From an uncultured Gammaproteobacteria bacterium (lineage in GTDB: Bacteria > Patescibacteriota > Microgenomatia > Levybacterales > UBA12049), in assembly GCA_964461865.1 (NCBI GenBank), contig CAYWVK010000002.1, forward strand, positions 1-39,306: DNA of 39,306 bases. The letters are read 5' to 3'. The notes under the pieces were generated by a model. The model saw only the letters and a list, made by a program, of their open reading frames with translations. It ran no database searches and had not been told where the DNA came from. Shown here one piece after another: positions 35,375 through 39,306 of the stretch (the stretch's first letter is position 1; the number at the start of each line of letters is the position of its first letter). The position numbers and the translations under genes were made by a program.

Positions 35375-37189
35375 GTGGTAACTCAAGAATTAATTAGTTT
35401 TGTTAATCAGCAAAGACAAAATGGGGTAAAAGATGTTGATATTGAGGCAATACTTGTTAAAAATGGTTGGACACAAGCAGATGTAGCTCAGGTATTAAAT
35501 CCACAGAATATCGATCAAAATAATTTGGATAATGTAAATCAAGGACCAACGCATAAATATAAATATAATGTTTTAGTAAAAATACTAAATATACTAATTA
35601 CATTATATTTATTTATTACTGCACTTATATTTTCATTTATGGCTGTTTTATCTTTTCCAGTTTTGCTTGTTCAAAATAAGATTGGTTTTGGCTGGTATCA
35701 AACCGCAATGTTTTCTATTCTTCACATTTCTGCATTTGTAATTTTTATTGTAAGCAAAAAAAGATATTCTATAGTTCCATGGATTCTTACTGCAATTATC
35801 ACTTGGTCTATAGGAATATGGATTTATTACCGCAGCTTTGAAATAGGTAATTTAATCACTATCCTTATTTATGGAATACCGATAATATTACTTTTTATAA
35901 TAAAACACATAAAGAAAGAAGGACAGACTATTGAGCCAGAGAAGCAAGGAGACCTATCTTCGAAAACGATATTAGAAACTCAAGCTTCATCTTTACCATT
36001 TACTAATTCAGCAGTTAAACAGTCATTTTGGAAAAAAGAATCTTATATTATCCTTTTCATTCTATTGATTCAGCCATTAGGAGTATTTTTAATGTGGAAA
36101 TACACCCACTGGAGAAGGTGGGTTAAAGAGGTTATTACAGCATGGTTTGTCTTAAGTATAATTCCCACATTGTTTTTGTGGTCAACATTGGGAGTCGTTA
36201 ATGGCCTTAGTTTTTATAATGATATTTTTAATCCTAAAACAGTAAATAAATCTCAAGAATACAACTGTAACCCAATTAATACTGAATGGTCGAAATGCGT
36301 AAACATAAAATATGGATTTAGCTTTGAATATCCCAGTAAATGGAATTATGTAGATGAAGGATCAGATTATCTAGTTTTCAGTCCATACGAAAAAGCTTCA
36401 GAAAAGTGGCTTATTTCTTTTTCTTTTCATAATGATTGGGATGACGAAGCTCAGGCAAAAAGTTTTACGGATGGAATTATACCCTCGGAAAACATAGAAA
36501 AAATAAAGGTTGATGGATTATATGCCACAAGAGAGAAAACTATACTTGATGGAGATGTGCGTTTACACGCAGTTATCTTAAATAAAAAAAATACTTATCA
36601 ATTTGATACGACTTTTGACCTAAAAGGCTTTATAAAAGATACAGGACTATCAATAGGAGATGAAGAACTTGAGAAGATTTTTGATCATATGACAAATAGT
36701 TTCACAGTAGGAAATAAAACTTCAGTGGTAAGTCCGACCTCTACACCAGAACTTACTATAACTCCATCCCTGGGCTCAACCCCGACAGCAAATTGGAAAA
36801 CATACATAAATACTGATTATAGTTTTCAATTAACCTTTACAGATAAATTTGAAGGATATACCGTTAAAAAACTACCTAACCCCGATAATTCTATGGGGGC
36901 ATCCGGGTCTCCGCTGGCTGAGTATACGTTCAGCTTGCCTACTACGGATCGACAATATATTAATTATGGAAATAATCCAGCTCAAGTGTTTAATATTGCT
37001 GTTTATAGCCAAGATAAATGGGATTGGGTTACGAATCAGGGAGGTTCAAAGCCAACCATTATTATCTCTTCTAATGATAAAGTATTTACCTATTCTTTAG
37101 CTTCTCAATGGCCTTCTGATTGGGAGTTGCAAGGAGGCCAAAATAACGATGTTAAGCCCATCATTGATTCTTTTAAGTTTGTAAACTAG
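35375..37189 (+). CDS. Large polytopic membrane protein with extracytoplasmic C-terminal domains
   Basis: 604 aa, GTG start. Small soluble N-terminal module (ELISFVNQQRQNGVKDVDIEAILVKNGWTQADVAQVL), about 8 TM helices, then ~330 aa of beta-rich extracellular sequence with a Ser/Thr/Pro linker. Confidence 0.6.
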   Translation: MVTQELISFVNQQRQNGVKDVDIEAILVKNGWTQADVAQVLNPQNIDQNNLDNVNQGPTHKYKYNVLVKILNILITLYLFITALIFSFMAVLSFPVLLVQNKIGFGWYQTAMFSILHISAFVIFIVSKKRYSIVPWILTAIITWSIGIWIYYRSFEIGNLITILIYGIPIILLFIIKHIKKEGQTIEPEKQGDLSSKTILETQASSLPFTNSAVKQSFWKKESYIILFILLIQPLGVFLMWKYTHWRRWVKEVITAWFVLSIIPTLFLWSTLGVVNGLSFYNDIFNPKTVNKSQEYNCNPINTEWSKCVNIKYGFSFEYPSKWNYVDEGSDYLVFSPYEKASEKWLISFSFHNDWDDEAQAKSFTDGIIPSENIEKIKVDGLYATREKTILDGDVRLHAVILNKKNTYQFDTTFDLKGFIKDTGLSIGDEELEKIFDHMTNSFTVGNKTSVVSPTSTPELTITPSLGSTPTANWKTYINTDYSFQLTFTDKFEGYTVKKLPNPDNSMGASGSPLAEYTFSLPTTDRQYINYGNNPAQVFNIAVYSQDKWDWVTNQGGSKPTIIISSNDKVFTYSLASQWPSDWELQGGQNNDVKPIIDSFKFVN

Positions 37190-37228
37190 GTCTCCACAAG
37201 ATAGGTTTTTTTGATTAACATAGTAATT

Positions 37229-37438
37229 ATGAGTCAGATAAGCATAGAGTGCGAAAATTACGGTAAGCATTTGGGGACGGGACATTATCATATGTGCACA
37301 CGCTGTGAAAATGGTTTGGAAAATGGTTGTGCCGATTTAAAGATAAGGGGTCAAAGATTCAGTGAATGGATATCCAAGTGTCCTGTCGCTCGTGAGCTCT
37401 ATGTTTTCCAAGCTCGGGCGGAAAGAGCTAAAAGCTAA
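37229..37438 (+). CDS. Small Cys-rich protein, paralogue 2
   Basis: 69 aa from ATG 37229 (the track ORF starts at TTG 37211). MSQISIECENYGKHLGTGHYHMCTRCENG... is parallel to paralogue 1. Followed by R3. Confidence 0.6.
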   Translation: MSQISIECENYGKHLGTGHYHMCTRCENGLENGCADLKIRGQRFSEWISKCPVARELYVFQARAERAKS

Positions 37439-37443
37439 AATAA

Positions 37444-37485
37444 GTTCTAACATCGTCTATCCCTCGGAGCCATTTTTTTAGCTTC
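37444..37485 (+). repeat. Cassette-end repeat R3
   Basis: GTTCTAACATCGTCTATCCCTCGGAGCCATTTTTTTAGCTTC, 5 nt after the stop. Confidence 0.7.
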
Positions 37486-37531
37486 AGAAAATCTCTTTAA
37501 CTATATCAACCACTAGTAGGATTAGAACTTT

Positions 37532-37540
37532 TGATATAAT
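37532..37540 (+). promoter_or_regulatory. Extended -10 element for cassette gene 37547
   Basis: TGATATAAT 6 nt upstream of GTG 37547, compatible with a leaderless or near-leaderless transcript. Confidence 0.35.
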
Positions 37541-37546
37541 CTATAT

Positions 37547-37891
37547 GTGGAAGAAACAGTAAAATTAGTAGTATTTGTCCCGGAGACCCATGCAGATGTT
37601 GTTAGAAAAGCAATGGGAGAATCAGGTGCTGGTTTGATCGGAGACTACAAATTCTGTACTTTTTCAGTAAAAGGTGTTGGAAGGTTTATTCCCCTAGAAA
37701 CTGCTCATCCTGCAATCGGAGAAATAGGAAAACTAGAGCAGGTAAATGAAGAACGAATAGAAACTGTTTGTTACAAAAAAGACTTAGAGAAAATAATTAA
37801 GGCAATAAAAGATGTGCATCCTTATGAAGAGATCGCTCTTGATGTATATCCACTCGTTTTAAATCCTCACGATACTACATATAAAAAATAG
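37547..37891 (+). CDS. Stand-alone NIF3/YqfO insert-domain-like (PII-like fold) protein
   Basis: 114 aa. KLVVFVPETHADVVRKAMGESGAGLIGDYKFCTFSVKGVGRFIPLETAHPAIGEIGKLEQVNEERIE...HPYEEIALDVYPL follows the pattern I recall for the NIF3-family inserted domain. Confidence 0.6.
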   Translation: MEETVKLVVFVPETHADVVRKAMGESGAGLIGDYKFCTFSVKGVGRFIPLETAHPAIGEIGKLEQVNEERIETVCYKKDLEKIIKAIKDVHPYEEIALDVYPLVLNPHDTTYKK

Positions 37892-37919
37892 GTTCTAACA
37901 TCATCCATTCCTCGGAGCA
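37892..37919 (+). repeat. Cassette-end repeat R4
   Basis: GTTCTAACATCATCCATTCCTCGGAGCA, starting at the first nt after the TAG stop. Confidence 0.7.
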
Positions 37920-37948
37920 GCTGATATTGTTTGATATATTTTCTTTTA

Positions 37949-37970
37949 GATTAGTATTTTAATACTAATC
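37949..37970. promoter_or_regulatory. 22-nt perfect palindrome (candidate operator) upstream of 38016 gene
   Basis: GATTAGTATT-TT-AATACTAATC. 8 nt downstream lies TTGACA (37979-37984), N17, TATTAT (38002-38007), with the ATG at 38016. Confidence 0.4.
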
Positions 37971-38015
37971 AACATATATTGACATTATTAATTAATCAGA
38001 TTATTATCATTTTAA

Positions 38016-38738
38016 ATGAACGCAGAGCACTTAATGGTTCCTCCAAAGGATAAAATTGAAAAGCCAAGTCAAGAATTGCTATGGACACTTTTGGAAACAG
38101 TTCCAGGAAATCCCACTAATGCAACAATAGTGTTCTCAGGTGGCGAGGAAGGGTCAATTCCTATGGAAGCAGTGATGGGAATATATTTGCCTGGCGATGA
38201 AAAGAAATTTGCAATTAGAGTTGGTGAACTAGATAGAAGTTCAGGATTAGAAAACCATGAAGAGACCAGAGAAGCGACAGCGAGGTTTTTAACAAATAAG
38301 CCATATAAGAAGTTGACTGTATTGACGGGCTCTGATTATTCCGAGAACGGATATCTGGCTTTTAGAAGAAATCTGGATGGATTTAAGGACTTAGGTTACG
38401 AAATAACAGGAATTGATTTTGAATTTATTACCTATCATACGCCTTCTTTAAAGGAATTTTCACCTGATCGACCTGAATATCAAGAAACAGTTCATTATTC
38501 AAAGCTCGACAGAGACGTTATTTCGCTTAACCGATACAATCCTTTAGCTGGAATTAGTGAAGACGCTCTTAAAACCATGCCACGGGAATATGCTATTCAT
38601 ACGAAAATTGAAAGTTCTCGAAGAGTAGCAAGGCGGAAGGAAAGAAACAGTGAATGGTTCCAAAAATTATGGGAATTATCTGGGACTCTAACCCGAGAGG
38701 AAGTTAGAGCTCTGCTAAAAAAAGGGGATGCTCTCTGA
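38016..38738 (+). CDS. Hypothetical protein
   Basis: 240-aa ORF with normal composition and no family recognised. Appears richer in G+C than the core genes (by eye only). Confidence 0.55.
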   Translation: MNAEHLMVPPKDKIEKPSQELLWTLLETVPGNPTNATIVFSGGEEGSIPMEAVMGIYLPGDEKKFAIRVGELDRSSGLENHEETREATARFLTNKPYKKLTVLTGSDYSENGYLAFRRNLDGFKDLGYEITGIDFEFITYHTPSLKEFSPDRPEYQETVHYSKLDRDVISLNRYNPLAGISEDALKTMPREYAIHTKIESSRRVARRKERNSEWFQKLWELSGTLTREEVRALLKKGDAL

Positions 38739-38819
38739 AAAAGCTTTAGGGATCAATACGATTCAAGTCGGGCAGTTACCCCAGAAGTCATGAGATAAGT
38801 ATATGATTCTACGAAATAG

Positions 38820-38885
38820 GTTCTAACATCGTCCCCTTCAAAAACTTCAGGATTTCGCTAACGCTCAACATTCTTCGGAGCCAAG
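38820..38885 (+). repeat. Cassette-end repeat R5 (split by a 35-nt insert) merging into DR-R
   Basis: GTTCTAACATCGTCC (38820-38834), then a 35-nt insert (38835-38869), then ATTCTTCGGAGCCAAG (38870-38885), continuing as TAGTGCA... into the island direct repeat. Confidence 0.65.
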
Positions 38886-38930
38886 TAGTGCACCCATGAC
38901 TGACCGAGGTCTCTGTTTAGCCTATTAAGG
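38882..38930 (+). repeat. Right direct repeat (DR-R) of the island
   Basis: CAAGTAGTGCACCCATGACTGACCGAGGTCTCTGTTTAGCCTATTAAGG. Matches DR-L (24741-24790). Confidence 0.75.
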
Positions 38931-38934
38931 CATA

Positions 38935-39168
38935 TTAAGTTCTTTGCTGATTTACAACGTAATAGTCAATAAGCCTTCTGATCATTGCTTGATAAGAGGC
39001 ATTATGTTTTTTAGCAGAAGCCTTAAAGAAATCAAGACTAGCTTGAGTAAGCGTTAATGTAACCTTTGTTTTTTTATCAGTTAAGCTTAATTCTTCAGGA
39101 TTAGGTAAGAAATCATTAATTACCCTTGCTTCTATTGGTTCATTGCTATATTTTATTTTGTTTTTCAT
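38935..39168 (-). CDS. brnA: BrnA-family antitoxin (CopG/RHH-like)
   Basis: 77 aa from ATG 39168 (the track ORF starts at TTG 39204). MKNKIKYSNEPIE...KVTLTLTQASLDFFKASAKKHNASYQAMIRRLIDYY fits the BrnA pattern. Overlaps the upstream toxin ORF by 23 nt. Confidence 0.7.
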   Translation of the reverse strand: MKNKIKYSNEPIEARVINDFLPNPEELSLTDKKTKVTLTLTQASLDFFKASAKKHNASYQAMIRRLIDYYVVNQQRT

Positions 39169-39306
39169 ATATATCCTTTCCTTTTCTCCAGAAGCCCGCA
39201 CCAATTATTCTGATGTGGCTTTTTCTATACGTAAAGCGAACTGTTAATACACCTCCTTTCACTTTTCCGAAACAATAATACCTTTCTTCGGTTTTACTAT
39301 GTGTTA
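39146..39306 (-). CDS. brnT: BrnT-family (DUF497) toxin, 5' end outside window
   Basis: The minus-strand frame is open from the window edge to TAG (39146-39148). It reads ...TEERYYCFGKVKGGVLTVRFTYRKSHIRIIGAGFWRKGKDIYEKQNKI, the BrnT C-terminal pattern (..IRIIsAR.a.k.E...Y). Confidence 0.6.
   Translation of the reverse strand, partial: THSKTEERYYCFGKVKGGVLTVRFTYRKSHIRIIGAGFWRKGKDIYEKQNKI

Larger units (their letters stand above)
24741..38930. mobile_element. Putative tRNA-Asn-associated genomic island (~14.2 kb), no recombinase gene visible
   Basis: Bounded by DR-L/DR-R. Begins at the first nt after the tRNA. Content is accessory (vsr/dcm, GHKL-ATPase operon, cassette-like array). The right end carries a degenerate copy of the tRNA 3' end. 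Confidence 0.5.

Noticed and set aside
37442-37530. 9-nt inverted repeat AAGTTCTAA (37442-37450) / TTAGAACTT (37522-37530) around R3, reminiscent of integron attC R''/R' sites (GTTCTAAC resembles RYYYAAC)
   Set aside because: I could find a convincing partner inverted repeat only for R3. R2 and R4 have only weak TTAGA(C/T) matches, and R1 and R5 have none. A canonical attC structure is therefore not supported by eye and needs a covariance-model test.
34759-38885. Five similar short repeats: could this be a CRISPR array?
   Set aside because: Spacing is irregular (0.4-2.1 kb) and the intervals are full-length ORFs with their own promoter-like elements. The repeats are imperfect and non-palindromic. 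No cas genes are present.
24741-38930. Integrase, excisionase or transposase inside the island
   Set aside because: None of the island ORFs shows tyrosine/serine recombinase or DDE motifs by eye. The ORF-free 24814-25296 stretch gives only 29-35-aa reading frames. I therefore report absence rather than calling a degenerate integrase.
1-39306. Alternative genetic code (UGA recoded, as in some candidate phyla)
   Set aside because: TGA terminates well-defined genes (e.g. 27770-27772 and the protease stop at 33318-33320), and all conserved genes are full length under the standard code.

Overview
AT-rich, very gene-dense bacterial chromosome segment, read with the standard code (TGA is a stop, e.g. 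27770-27772). Short YidC and ValRS, a DUF4012 protein, overlapping gene ends and tiny intergenic gaps suggest a Patescibacteria/CPR-like genome; this is inference only. nt 1-24740 is core chromosome. It holds two secreted cell-wall hydrolases and the replication-origin neighbourhood (dnaN-dnaA divergent from rpmH-rnpA-yidD-yidC-jag, with DnaA-box clusters on both sides of dnaA). It also holds an envelope-glycan cluster, rnhA, valS, rplY, ruvC-ruvA-ruvB, a P-type cation ATPase, dnaG-rpoD and tRNA-Asn(GTT). Directly after the tRNA begins a ~14.2-kb accessory island (24741-38930), bounded by imperfect direct repeats and lacking any recognisable recombinase. The island carries four parts. (i) Convergent vsr/dcm. 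(ii) A tightly coupled five-gene operon (26910-31963) encoding a MORC/GHKL-type ATPase and a 650-aa protein built from RNA-polymerase-subunit modules (three alpha-CTD-like HhH units, sigma region 4, HARE-HTH-like units); this is my best candidate for an undescribed defence/epigenetic system. (iii) A membrane trypsin-like protease, an unknown protein and an orphan receiver-like protein. (iv) A cassette-like array in which five successive gene units each end in a conserved ~30-45-nt element (GTTCTAACATC...CCTCGGAGCC) that resembles the 3' end of the adjacent tRNA. A brnA/brnT toxin-antitoxin pair lies just outside the right repeat.
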